Origin: a virus
Lineage: Duplodnaviria > Caudoviricetes
Reading direction: 5' to 3' (one strand)
IMG/VR virus record: IMGVR_UViG_3300031994_000095
Span: 1,584 to 65,583 of that record
Length of the DNA stretch: 64,000 nt
Of the stretch, positions 8,656 to 17,903 are shown piece by piece (within the stretch, counting starts at the first letter, position 1; each line of letters starts with the position of its first letter). The notes beneath the pieces are model-generated. The model had not been told where the DNA came from. It worked only from the letters and a program-made list of their open reading frames with translations, and ran no database searches. The position numbers and the translations under genes were made by a program.

Positions 8656-8825
8656 TGGCAGAGGTTATCTCGCCACCCGCGTACACGGCGTAGAGACCAC
8701 ACAAAAGTCCGAATTGGATATAGACATATAGTGGACAAATCCTGTACGCGACCCATAAGGGTGGATGCGTCCAACTGAGAGCATCGAGGTAGAGATTACC
8801 CGATGCTTTTTTATTTTCGCGTACA

Positions 8826-9770
8826 ATGACAAAAGTAGAAATTGAACAAATGAGAAAGTCGATGGTGATGCACACCATTAACTTTACCCTGGTTAAGTTG
8901 CTTGACTATAACTACCTCGCCGCTGACCTATTCCAATACATCTGCTATTGGGTGCTCAAGAACGAGGAGGACAAGAAAAACTTTCACGATGGGAGGTATT
9001 GGACTTACTTCTCTGCAAGTGATCTCATAGAGATGGAGTTTAAGGACTTGTCGAAATGGACGATACAAAGAGCCATTGGTCTATTGATAGAGAAGAAACT
9101 CTTAAAGGTCGGGAACTACAATGCCACGGGATACGACCACACTCCTTGGTACTCCGTGGACAAGGAGGACATTGAGTTTTACCACCCAAATTTAATCAAG
9201 TTATTTGCGAAGAAAAGACGGAGCAAAAATGCTCCAACGATGGTGCAGGATTGCACCGAGCCTGGTGCAGATTTGTCGCATCGAGAGAGCGAAAATGCTC
9301 CATCGACGGTGCAAAATTGCACCGACTCTATATATACTATAGATAACAACCATACTAACAACCTTGCTAACAACCAAGAAAAAAAAGATAATATTTTTTT
9401 AAATAGCCAACATCAACAAGTTGATATGGTTGTTAGTGAGGTTAAGGGGGATTCTAAGGGGGATTCTAAGGGGGATGCCAAGAGCGAACATCCTCTCACG
9501 CAAGAGCAATGGAAGAAGTACTCCAAGAAGATGCCCCAAGGAAAGTTCGATGATACCCTTGCACAAGACTTGAAAGATAGGATAGACAAGTATGGCGAAG
9601 ATATGGTTGACGAGTATGTGGATTACGTTATGAGACTCTGGCCAGAGATAACTTACTTGCCAAAGTTCGTAGAGAAGGTGGGTGAACAATTAGACTTGGA
9701 TGCTTCCGATGCAAGACGAAATGGGAAACCGTTTGGGAAGATTAAGAACGAGTATCGAATGAGGTGGTGA
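8826..9770 (+). CDS. Phage replication initiator (wHTH) with internal iteron-like repeats
   Basis: FHDGRYWTYFS, GNYN..YDHTPWY, a low-complexity linker and internal palindromic repeats. Confidence 0.65.
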   Translation: MTKVEIEQMRKSMVMHTINFTLVKLLDYNYLAADLFQYICYWVLKNEEDKKNFHDGRYWTYFSASDLIEMEFKDLSKWTIQRAIGLLIEKKLLKVGNYNATGYDHTPWYSVDKEDIEFYHPNLIKLFAKKRRSKNAPTMVQDCTEPGADLSHRESENAPSTVQNCTDSIYTIDNNHTNNLANNQEKKDNIFLNSQHQQVDMVVSEVKGDSKGDSKGDAKSEHPLTQEQWKKYSKKMPQGKFDDTLAQDLKDRIDKYGEDMVDEYVDYVMRLWPEITYLPKFVEKVGEQLDLDASDARRNGKPFGKIKNEYRMRW

Positions 9771-9870
9771 TATAAAAACTCCCCGCGCATCACTGCGAGA
9801 GGAGCAAGTTTAACAAACAAAATTATTGAGTTATGAAATCCCCCAGAACGGGGATAACACAAGCGCAAAG

Positions 9871-11034
9871 CTACTTGAAAAACTTGACTCGACCAAAAAT
9901 ATCTTCCACATCCCTCTCGCTCTTCCGCAAATACTTGAGCAGACTCGCCAAGTTCTTGTGACCGCTAACCACCATTATCTGACGCATCGGCACTCCTTCC
10001 TGATCGAGCAATGTACACAGAGTCCTCCGGCAAGTGTGGCTCGACACCATCTTCCATTTCGGCACTCGCTTCTGCACATACCCCTCGCCCTTCGACTCCC
10101 GCACCTCGACCATATCGTTGATCCCTGCCTTCATACACACGGTCTTGACCTCTCTGTTGAACACCACCTGGCCGACCTCTGGGGCTTTCCCTCCGTTGCG
10201 CCTCAATGCCGTCTTCAGCCGTGGGGACAACGGCAGCACAACCCTCTCGCCGGTCTTCCGCTGGATGTAACGGAACTTCCCGTCAACGATGTTGTCAAGG
10301 GTGAAGGTGGAGAAGTCCTCGAACCTCGCGCCGGTGTAACACCCGATGATGAGGAGGTCGCGCACCATCTTCTCCATCCCGTCCGTCAGTTCCAAGTTCC
10401 ATAACTTGTCAAGCTCCGTCTTGGTGAGGTACACGGAGTCGGTATCATTGGCTGGCTTCCTGAACTCGCGGAACTCCTCATTGGAATGGTACTTGAGTTT
10501 CAAGCCCTCCATCATCACCGCCTTGACCTTTGCGATGACGCTCCCTTGGTAGTTCTTGGAGTATTTCTCCGCGTTCATCCTCTCGACCAGACGGAAGTAC
10601 CACGCGGAGTCGATGCCGTCCCAGCCCGCAGATGTACCCATCAGACGGACGAGAAGGTTGTAGGTGTTGCGCCGTTGTCTCTTGGCGGGATTGTCCTTCG
10701 ATGCCCAATCATCGAAATATTGCCAAAATGAGGGGCGTTTCTTGGCATTATAGGCTGGAAGTGGGGTCTCGCTCCACTTGCCGTCCTTAACCCTCGCCAA
10801 AGCCTCGGAAATGGCTTTCTCGGACGAGAACTCGTCAAGGCAGGATTCGAGACCGATGCGGATGAGACGCAGGGCATTGTCCTTGGAGTATTCGCCCGTG
10901 CGCTTGCCGTTCCAATTCTTCGTCTTGGTGGTGATGCCAACGCTCTTCCTCCAGACCTTCCCGCGATGGGTGATGACCACACGGATCGGGGACTCCTCCC
11001 TGGAGGGGAAGACCAAATTGTAGTAGATGTTCAT
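9871..11034 (-). CDS. int: Tyrosine integrase
   Basis: Arm-binding N-terminus; YTGARFED (R), SHTCRR (HxxR), SGHK and KY. Confidence 0.92.
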   Translation of the reverse strand: MNIYYNLVFPSREESPIRVVITHRGKVWRKSVGITTKTKNWNGKRTGEYSKDNALRLIRIGLESCLDEFSSEKAISEALARVKDGKWSETPLPAYNAKKRPSFWQYFDDWASKDNPAKRQRRNTYNLLVRLMGTSAGWDGIDSAWYFRLVERMNAEKYSKNYQGSVIAKVKAVMMEGLKLKYHSNEEFREFRKPANDTDSVYLTKTELDKLWNLELTDGMEKMVRDLLIIGCYTGARFEDFSTFTLDNIVDGKFRYIQRKTGERVVLPLSPRLKTALRRNGGKAPEVGQVVFNREVKTVCMKAGINDMVEVRESKGEGYVQKRVPKWKMVSSHTCRRTLCTLLDQEGVPMRQIMVVSGHKNLASLLKYLRKSERDVEDIFGRVKFFK

Positions 11035-11056
11035 AGACTGTTATGTTGTTTCGCCA

Positions 11057-11088
11057 CAAAGATAACCAAACTTACCAATAGTTGGCAA
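11057..11088 (-). promoter_or_regulatory. Integrase promoter
   Basis: TTGC-N20-TATCTTTG. The -33 box overlaps an arm-type repeat. Confidence 0.6.
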
Positions 11089-11324
11089 GGATTTTGGCAA
11101 GATTTGGGTAAAAATGCCCATATATGGGTAAGATTCAAAAAATGGGCATTGGGAAACAAAAACGCCCTCCCAGATGCGTGGAAGGGCGATTTGAAACGAA
11201 AAAGGGAGGCGATGTGCCTCCCAATATCAGTGACTCCTTCGTTATTCAAAAGTGACCCCATAACTATGTAAACATCAATTATTTAGGCGTATTGTTAATA
11301 TCTTTTGGCAAGAAAGTTGGCAAG
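11082..11324. other. Candidate attP with paired arm-type sites
   Basis: TTGGCAAG at 11082, 11094, 11305 and 11317 (two pairs, 12-bp period) flanking a noncoding core next to int. Confidence 0.6.
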
Positions 11325-11368
11325 GCTTGTGGATTATTCGTATCTTGTAGTAAATAAGATAATGAGAT

Positions 11369-12004
11369 ATGAAACACGGACATTACTTCGTTCTTGATTC
11401 ACGATGGATGAAAAAGATGCCACTTTCAAACGAGAGGTGGAAGACTGTGCACCCTCCCTTTTTGCCTATATATGAGGTTTCTAATAAGGGTAGGGTAAGA
11501 ACCCTTGATGAAAAAGGGAATGTAAAGAGAATCAATAAGCAATCCCCCGATACCAAGGGTTACTTACGGGTAAACTTGCTTACAGAGAGTGGGGAGCGAA
11601 AGTGTGTCAAGGTGCATCGTTTAGTGGCAATGGCTTTTGTGCCCAACCCCGAGGGAAAGCCTACGATAGATCACATAAACGGGGACATTGCCAACAATGC
11701 TGATAGTAATCTCCGATGGGCGACCGTAAAGGAAAACAATAATAACCCTATCACTTGGGAAAGGTTCTTGGAGGCGAGAAGAAACCGAGAGAGAGCATAT
11801 ACTCTTGAGGTTGGGAGAATCGGTCAAAAAGTGCCTTACTATTGCCCGAACTTGCACGAGGCATCCTTATTCCTAAAGGCGGGAGAAGATGAGATTCACC
11901 ACGCCATAAAGCGATACGGAGTGTATTACACGAAAAGGAATGGGGTTGACTATTATGCAAAAATGGAGGGGACGGACAAGATGCCAGAAGAGACTTTATT
12001 CTGA
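11369..12004 (+). CDS. NUMOD4-HNH homing endonuclease
   Basis: YEVSNKGRVR, VHRLVAMAFVPNP and IDHINGDIANN..NLRW. Confidence 0.88.
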   Translation: MKHGHYFVLDSRWMKKMPLSNERWKTVHPPFLPIYEVSNKGRVRTLDEKGNVKRINKQSPDTKGYLRVNLLTESGERKCVKVHRLVAMAFVPNPEGKPTIDHINGDIANNADSNLRWATVKENNNNPITWERFLEARRNRERAYTLEVGRIGQKVPYYCPNLHEASLFLKAGEDEIHHAIKRYGVYYTKRNGVDYYAKMEGTDKMPEETLF

Positions 12005-12469
12005 CTTGTCCATCGCCTTGAACAACGTGTCGAGTCCGTTGTCCTCGGCGAGAGCCTTGACGAACTCCGTGTCCTCGACCATCTTCCTGGGTCTGCCCCT
12101 CTTGCCGGTCGGGACTGTACCATTCACCACCTGCTTTGTGGTGCTGGCATTGCGCTTGCGCCTCTTCTTTGCGGTGGCTTTCTTCTTCGCCTCCTTTTCC
12201 GCTTTCTCCTTGGCTTTCTTTTCCTCCTCGCGCATCTTGGCGAGTTGGCGGGTGAGGTCATCCCGTTGTCTGCGTATCTTGTCCTCCTCGGACTCGATGG
12301 GCTTGTCCTTGGCACTCCAAACGGTCTTCAGCACGGTGCATCCGTACTCCGACGATGCCCGCTCGTCGATGCCCACCACCTGGATGTTCCTGCCACCCTC
12401 GCTCTGGATGGTCACGTTCTCGGTCGGATAACGCACCGAGAGCATTTCTATAAGTTCTTTCGCTGTCAT
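11996..12469 (-). CDS. Hypothetical protein (basic, coiled coil)
   Basis: Start trimmed to MTAKEL; phage-like codon use. Confidence 0.65.
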   Translation of the reverse strand: MTAKELIEMLSVRYPTENVTIQSEGGRNIQVVGIDERASSEYGCTVLKTVWSAKDKPIESEEDKIRRQRDDLTRQLAKMREEEKKAKEKAEKEAKKKATAKKRRKRNASTTKQVVNGTVPTGKRGRPRKMVEDTEFVKALAEDNGLDTLFKAMDKSE

Positions 12470-12517
12470 ACACAACAAAGTTACAATAAATTCGCAATAA
12501 TTTCCTAACTTTGTGGT

Positions 12518-13054
12518 ATGAGTAAGAAACTGAAAGATTTATCCGACATCGAGAAGGCGGCTCTCTTGTGGGGATTCTACACCACTCCTGACAAGAAGAA
12601 CGGATCGCTTTGGTCCCAGATGTTCGACCTCTGCCATCCGGGCAAGGAGTACTCCACGGACATCTCCAAGAAGAATGTCATCTCCGAATGGCGCAATTCG
12701 CCCTCGGTGGTGTCCTTCTGGAATGGCATCCAGGCTACCGAGGACAACCGCGTTGAGTCCCGCGTCCGTTCCGAACTCGCCAAGCTCGGTCCGATGGAGA
12801 ACAAGCCGACAACATCCGCGCTCGTTGACAAGGTGCGTGACTTCACCGATGTCAACCAGTTCATCGCCTTCCTTAACGAACAAGCCAACACCATCTCCGA
12901 CGAGAAGGACAAGAGGGAGTATCTGAAGATGCTCTCCGACCTGATGCGGTTCAAGGAGGGTAGCCAGACGCAGGAGGACATTATGAGGGTGTACCTCCCC
13001 CTGCGATGCTCGGAGTGTGTCCTGTACAAAAAAGAAAAGGCGAAGGTCAAATAG
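12518..13054 (+). CDS. Hypothetical protein, possible terminase small subunit
   Basis: Has its own TAACTTTG box (12506-12513) and shares the ACAATAA repeat with the terminase and lysis promoters. C-terminal CxxC. Function is inferred only. Confidence 0.5.
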   Translation: MSKKLKDLSDIEKAALLWGFYTTPDKKNGSLWSQMFDLCHPGKEYSTDISKKNVISEWRNSPSVVSFWNGIQATEDNRVESRVRSELAKLGPMENKPTTSALVDKVRDFTDVNQFIAFLNEQANTISDEKDKREYLKMLSDLMRFKEGSQTQEDIMRVYLPLRCSECVLYKKEKAKVK

Positions 13055-13128
13055 ACCCCCGCCCTGCTTCGTTCGTTCGGACACACCGTCACCCTCGGTC
13101 TGCCTCGTTTGCCCTCCCCCTTGCTCGT

Positions 13129-13368
13129 TTAAGGTCGGAAAGGAGTATTGTCTCCGTCAAGAATCCACAACAGTTTCTCGATGCGTTCAAGTGGCATGGG
13201 AATCTGACCCCGGAGTGCCGTGGAAATACTCGCACGGGCGACACCGAGACGCTTGGCGATAACGCCGTGGCTGATGCCTTCCTCTTTCAGTCTGCGGGCA
13301 ATATAGCCCCTTAAGTCCACCCGTCCCATCTCGGAAACCGGAGTGTTAAGCCTTTCTTCTCTTGTCAT
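13129..13368 (-). CDS. XRE-family HTH regulator
   Basis: GISHGVIAKRLGVARASISTALRG. Confidence 0.8.
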   Translation of the reverse strand: MTREERLNTPVSEMGRVDLRGYIARRLKEEGISHGVIAKRLGVARASISTALRGQIPMPLERIEKLLWILDGDNTPFRP

Positions 13369-13387
13369 GGTTGTCAAAGTTATGGAT

Positions 13388-14299
13388 TTATCTGAAAAGT
13401 GCCAGCGATTTTTCGTTCAATTTGACCTCACGGCGGCAAACATACCTCGAAGTCATAGCCGTTCCCGTGTGACCGAGAATATCTCGTATGTCCGTCAGGG
13501 GTGTGCCGTTCGCGCTCAAGTTCGTGGCGACACTGATTCGTGCCGAGTGCGAGGAGATGAATTTCCACTTCGGCCCTACCTCGTCCTTGCCACCCTTATG
13601 CACCTTGACTTGCTCGTCGATACCGGCACGCTTGCACAGTCGGCGTATCGTCTTGTTGAAGGTCGCAGTGTCCACCACCTTGCCGTTCGTTCGGAGCCAG
13701 CGCAACCGCGCCACCGTCCTGTTCGAGCAAGGGATTGATGCCGTTATGCCCGTTTTCTTCGACGTGTAGGTCAAGGTCGTGCCGTCCACGTTCTCCTCGG
13801 TCAGTTCGCGGATGTCGCTCAACCTCGCCCCCGTTTTCGTTCCGACAAGAAACTCGTTCAGCACGATTCGTTCGACAGTCGTTCGGGTGGGTACTCGTTC
13901 GAGTCGTTCGAGTTCTGATTCGTTCAGGTAGGTTTTCACGGGTGCTTCCCCTTTGAGTCGGAGGATGGTGGCGTAGTCCTTGCACGGGATCACCCCTTCG
14001 TCCTCGTATCTCCTGAGTAACGCAACCAGGGATGCCGCCACGGTCTTAGCGGAGGATGGGGCCAGGGACTGCCGGAGCTCGTCGCGGAGATTCATAACCC
14101 CGGCCCGTGTCAAGTCCGAAAAGTCCCGTATCTTGGCGTTACGGAGGTGTTTTGATATGGTGGCCGCCTGGAGCCCTGCGTGCTTCTGTACGGCCTCAAA
14201 AATCGTATCCATAGGCATTGTTAATTCATCCACCCGTTGCGATTCTCCCAAGCCTTGACGGACTTGATAGCTGCCGTCCTTGTTAGGCCGTTCTCGCAT
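13388..14299 (-). CDS. Second tyrosine recombinase (no arm domain)
   Basis: TGARLSD, SHSAR, ILGH and RY catalytic residues. The true start may be ~30 codons downstream. Confidence 0.88.
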   Translation of the reverse strand: MRERPNKDGSYQVRQGLGESQRVDELTMPMDTIFEAVQKHAGLQAATISKHLRNAKIRDFSDLTRAGVMNLRDELRQSLAPSSAKTVAASLVALLRRYEDEGVIPCKDYATILRLKGEAPVKTYLNESELERLERVPTRTTVERIVLNEFLVGTKTGARLSDIRELTEENVDGTTLTYTSKKTGITASIPCSNRTVARLRWLRTNGKVVDTATFNKTIRRLCKRAGIDEQVKVHKGGKDEVGPKWKFISSHSARISVATNLSANGTPLTDIRDILGHTGTAMTSRYVCRREVKLNEKSLALFR

Positions 14300-14487
14300 C
14301 CGAAAAGCGTGTTACCGATGAAGAATAGCACGCAATAGTTCGGATTCTGTACGCTCCACCACATCGACCGGCGGACTTCTACCCTTCGGGTACATTCGGG
14401 ATTGTCGTTGCGGATTTCCTCCCACATAAGTTTAGCGCGTTCGTCCACCTGGAAACAAATCTGCTGCTCAATCATTTTCGTTGTCAT
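14221..14487 (-). CDS. Hypothetical early protein
   Basis: ORF preceded by the CGAACG-N3-ATG motif. Confidence 0.65.
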   Translation of the reverse strand: MTTKMIEQQICFQVDERAKLMWEEIRNDNPECTRRVEVRRSMWWSVQNPNYCVLFFIGNTLFGCENGLTRTAAIKSVKAWENRNGWMN

Positions 14488-14579
14488 AATCGTTCGATTT
14501 TAGTTGTTAGTAGTTGCGCCCGTGGAGCGATTCGGTCGCTCGGCATCGCACCCGTTCACGGGCATCCGTTCGTTCGGGA

Positions 14580-14870
14580 TTACAGACAGGCACACACCTG
14601 TTCGGCCACCTTGCCGCCGTATTCCCGTCTTATCCGTTCAATCATCGCGTCGTCCACTATCACGTATATAGGGAACGTCGCGCACTGGAAACGCTCCTGA
14701 ATCAGTTTGCAGTGTTCATACGCTCCGACAAAATCGTGTTCCAACGATTCGCGTTTGTACTCCAGACCGAAATACTTTGCTATCTCGATCCGCACGTCGA
14801 TATGTTCGTTGTTGTCGGTCATCCCTGCCCACTCCTGGAGTTTGTCGGGAGAAATTGAAATCTTCTTCAT
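14580..14870 (-). CDS. Hypothetical early protein
   Basis: Start trimmed to MKKISISP, preceded by CGAACG-N3-ATG. Confidence 0.65.
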   Translation of the reverse strand: MKKISISPDKLQEWAGMTDNNEHIDVRIEIAKYFGLEYKRESLEHDFVGAYEHCKLIQERFQCATFPIYVIVDDAMIERIRREYGGKVAEQVCACL

Positions 14871-14881
14871 ATCCGTTCGTC

Positions 14882-15166
14882 TTAATTGTTCATCGTGTTT
14901 CGATTCAGCCAACGGTAATACTCCCCGTGGGACTTCCACGTTTGGTATATCTGCCAAATGTCGCGGTCGTCCAGGGGGATGTTCCCGAAGATGTAGGCCA
15001 GACAATCGGCGGTGCAAAGAAAAGCCCGTGTGCCCTTCATATCGTCCGGCATAATGTCGAAATCGTGGTCAATGCAAACACCGATAAGCACCTGGCCGTC
15101 CTCGCCCTGGAGGATGTCAAAACTACCAACGGATAAATTCGTGTGTGTGTCAATGATTCGGTACAT
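14882..15166 (-). CDS. Hypothetical early protein
   Basis: ORF preceded by CTAACACGAACG-N3-ATG. Confidence 0.65.
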   Translation of the reverse strand: MYRIIDTHTNLSVGSFDILQGEDGQVLIGVCIDHDFDIMPDDMKGTRAFLCTADCLAYIFGNIPLDDRDIWQIYQTWKSHGEYYRWLNRNTMNN

Positions 15167-15177
15167 GGTCGTTCGTG

Positions 15178-15384
15178 TTAGTCGTTCTTGGTAAGGTTGA
15201 AATAGCGCACAACGGGCTGGATCATCTGACGGAAAAATGCCCCGTTGTTCACAGGAAGGGCAAGCTCGGAGTATATCTCGTTGCTTATCCCGTTGTCGTG
15301 GTTGTACTTCATAATAGCCCCCAGGCGTGCCCAGTAGTCGGCGTTGCCGTTCCTTACTGTGGCGTTGTTGATTAAAGGTATCAT
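15178..15384 (-). CDS. Hypothetical early protein
   Basis: ORF preceded by CTAACACGAACG-N3-ATG. Confidence 0.6.
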   Translation of the reverse strand: MIPLINNATVRNGNADYWARLGAIMKYNHDNGISNEIYSELALPVNNGAFFRQMIQPVVRYFNLTKND

Positions 15385-15496
15385 AACCGTTCGTGTTAGT
15401 TGTTAAACATTCGTGTTTTAAGTCTTGAGCCTGGTAGGGGTTGCGGTTCCCTCTTGCCGTTCGTGCGCCACGCTTGGGCCAGGCTTGTCCGTTCGG

Positions 15497-16006
15497 TCAG
15501 GCTATCAACTGACGGCCTAAACCGATAAGTTTCTCCATCTGCGAGTATTGCCAACGGTTGCGCTGGAACAAATCGCGGAAGGAGGACGGGATTATATGCC
15601 CGATAAGGTAGTCCAGTACGGCGTTCCTCGCGTCAATCTTCATTGTTGTCCAAGTCGGCGTGCTCGTTCCTTTCTCGTCGGTCAGTCCTGCGGCGTGCCA
15701 CCTCGGAACGCATAAGTTTATAAGTCTGTCGAAGTCCTCAGACGAAAGGAGAAAACTCCATTCCTCGGTTGTTACCCGTTCGCCCGGCCTCGGCATATTC
15801 TCGTCGCGTACCTTAAAATCGGGCTTCGCCCTGAAGTCGTTTTCCTGGAGTACCTGGGTAACGATCCCGCCTACCTCGGCCTCGTGCACCTTGTCACCGA
15901 GAACGCATAAATCGTACTGTTCGTAAAGCTCGGACAGCTTGGCCCGTACCCTGCCCGTCACGTTCGTTTGCAACTCCTGAAGTAGTACCGTGTCATTCGT
16001 TTTCAT
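15497..16006 (-). CDS. Hypothetical early protein
   Basis: Start trimmed to MKTNDTV. Confidence 0.65.
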   Translation of the reverse strand: MKTNDTVLLQELQTNVTGRVRAKLSELYEQYDLCVLGDKVHEAEVGGIVTQVLQENDFRAKPDFKVRDENMPRPGERVTTEEWSFLLSSEDFDRLINLCVPRWHAAGLTDEKGTSTPTWTTMKIDARNAVLDYLIGHIIPSSFRDLFQRNRWQYSQMEKLIGLGRQLIA

Positions 16007-16051
16007 ATCATTCGCGTTTTGATTGTTATACATATAGTCCCCCTTGTTCGA

Positions 16052-16642
16052 TTATCTCCACTCCCTGCCGTTCGCCTCAAATTCGTATTCGTTCGCTATC
16101 ATCTCCTCGCGGATCACCTCGTCGCTATACGACGATTCGTTTTGCTTCTCCCAGGCGGTCGCAAAGTCACTCAGCAACTCGCCGATAAAGTCGTGGATTG
16201 AATCGCCACGCCTAACCGCATCGTACATATTGTTTAGTGCGTTGTCCACTGCGGAATCGGAGTAAACTCCAGTGAGACAGTAAAAATACGGGTCGTGTAT
16301 AGTCCGTGCAATCCGTCGCTTCTCCCAACCCTTATAATACCGTCTGCGGTTATCCAGGGCATCGGCCACGTCGTTTAAGTAACGGCACAGCATCCGGCCG
16401 CCCTCCTCGTCCTCCACGTCTGCCCACCGGCTACTCGTCATCGTCCACCGTGGGCGGCCCTCCAGGTCGCGGACTCGAATACTAAAAACGTCCTCGATCT
16501 TATCAAGCGTTCCCCTGAAATCGTCATCGTTGCACTGACAAAGAAACTGTGCAATCGAGGAACGGCAATTTTCAATCGCCCTCTTCTGGGCCTCTTCGTT
16601 CAGCTCCTCAAAGGTGTAAACGTTCGTCACAATAGTTTTCAT
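16052..16642 (-). CDS. Hypothetical early protein
   Basis: MKTIVTNVYTFEELNEEAQKRAIE...IANEYEF. Confidence 0.7.
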   Translation of the reverse strand: MKTIVTNVYTFEELNEEAQKRAIENCRSSIAQFLCQCNDDDFRGTLDKIEDVFSIRVRDLEGRPRWTMTSSRWADVEDEEGGRMLCRYLNDVADALDNRRRYYKGWEKRRIARTIHDPYFYCLTGVYSDSAVDNALNNMYDAVRRGDSIHDFIGELLSDFATAWEKQNESSYSDEVIREEMIANEYEFEANGREWR

Positions 16643-16923
16643 AAAGCAAAAGATTTAATTTGTTAAACATTCATTCGTGCCCGTTCTCCCACTCGCAGGG
16701 AGGCGCACTCGTTCGCGTGCGGTCGCTATCGTTCGGGCATACCCTCCGGCTCGTTCGGTCAGTCCCTGCCCCTCGTTCGTTCGCCTCCGTCCTCCCTGTC
16801 CGTGCCGTTCGCTCCCCCTGCCTCGTTCGCTCGGCATCGTTCGGCCCAGTCCGTAAGCCTGGGAACGAATAACCACGAGAAAATAAATATCCATCCGATA
16901 ATCATTTGTCTGTCCTCCGTCTG

Positions 16924-17154
16924 TTAAATTGTCATACTGCAAATAAAATCGTCGTCGGTAAATTCGACCCCTTCGTACTCCCTGAAAATGACGGGATCGG
17001 GCACGATTGCACCGGCCCGGGCTAAATCGTCATAACTGGGCGCGTCATAATCTCGGCCCACAATCTCCGCAAATTCGCCACGATCGGCAAGATTGCAAAG
17101 GTAGTTTTGCTTCAGCTCCTGGAGCTGTTCCAAATCCAAATCAAAAACTGTCAT
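16924..17154 (-). CDS. Hypothetical acidic early protein
   Basis: 76-aa acidic ORF with TTGAGTTATG start context. Confidence 0.65.
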   Translation of the reverse strand: MTVFDLDLEQLQELKQNYLCNLADRGEFAEIVGRDYDAPSYDDLARAGAIVPDPVIFREYEGVEFTDDDFICSMTI

Positions 17155-17165
17155 AACTCAAAAAA

Positions 17166-17399
17166 TTAAACGTTCATTTCATTTGTCCATACGATAAGGG
17201 CATTTGTCCCGTAATAAACGCTCGTGAACGAACAGTTATAACCGTTCGCCCGGAGTGTGTCGATAATACGCAGCGCGTGATTGTGGGAGCCCGGACGGAT
17301 TATAACCGTTCCGTCTTTCATCTCCCGAAAACTGGGGTTGCTTGTCATCTCCGTTCTGGGAACGCTTTTGACAATCTTTTTAATCTCGGCCAGTGTCAT
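17166..17399 (-). CDS. Hypothetical early protein
   Basis: 77-aa ORF with the same start context. Confidence 0.6.
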   Translation of the reverse strand: MTLAEIKKIVKSVPRTEMTSNPSFREMKDGTVIIRPGSHNHALRIIDTLRANGYNCSFTSVYYGTNALIVWTNEMNV

Positions 17400-17463
17400 A
17401 ACTCAATAAATTTTTGTCGGTCAAACTTTCATTTGTGGACTGTCTCAAATCTCAATCCGGGGG

Positions 17464-17494
17464 CAAAATTAAGATAAATATTTTTATCGTGCAA
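17464..17494 (-). promoter_or_regulatory. Leftward early promoter
   Basis: TTGC-N19-TAATTTTG. Confidence 0.6.
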
Positions 17495-17520
17495 TAGTTT
17501 TCGCAAAAAATATCAAAAAA

Positions 17521-17640
17521 ATTTTCGTTCGTTCATCTTCGTTCGTCCGTTCGTGTCCTCAATCGTTCAAAATCATTCGTTCCGATCCGTTCAAATTCGT
17601 TCATTCGTTTGCTTCGTTCGTTCGTTCAATTCGTTCGACC
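17521..17640. repeat. CGTTC-rich imperfect tandem repeat
   Basis: About a dozen CGTTC copies in 120 bp. Confidence 0.85.
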
Positions 17641-17809
17641 TATTACACGCATATACACGCATATATGCGCCCGCGTGCGTACTTATATATATAGCCGGTC
17701 GGAGCTCCTGAGCTCCTGGGAGGATTGCACCCAGGAACGCCGTCGGAACGGATCAAAGGAACGGCAAAAACACGGCACGCAAAAAAATCAAAAAAAAAGT
17801 TAAAAAAAA

Positions 17810-17840
17810 TTTGTAGGATAAAAATATTTACCTATCTTTG
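17810..17840 (+). promoter_or_regulatory. Rightward promoter with an A-tract upstream
   Basis: TTTG-N19-TATCTTTG. Confidence 0.7.
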
Positions 17841-17903
17841 CAGTGAACAAAGGAACAAACAAACAAAAAAGATATTAAAACAACTATTAAAAAGTATTGA
17901 GTT

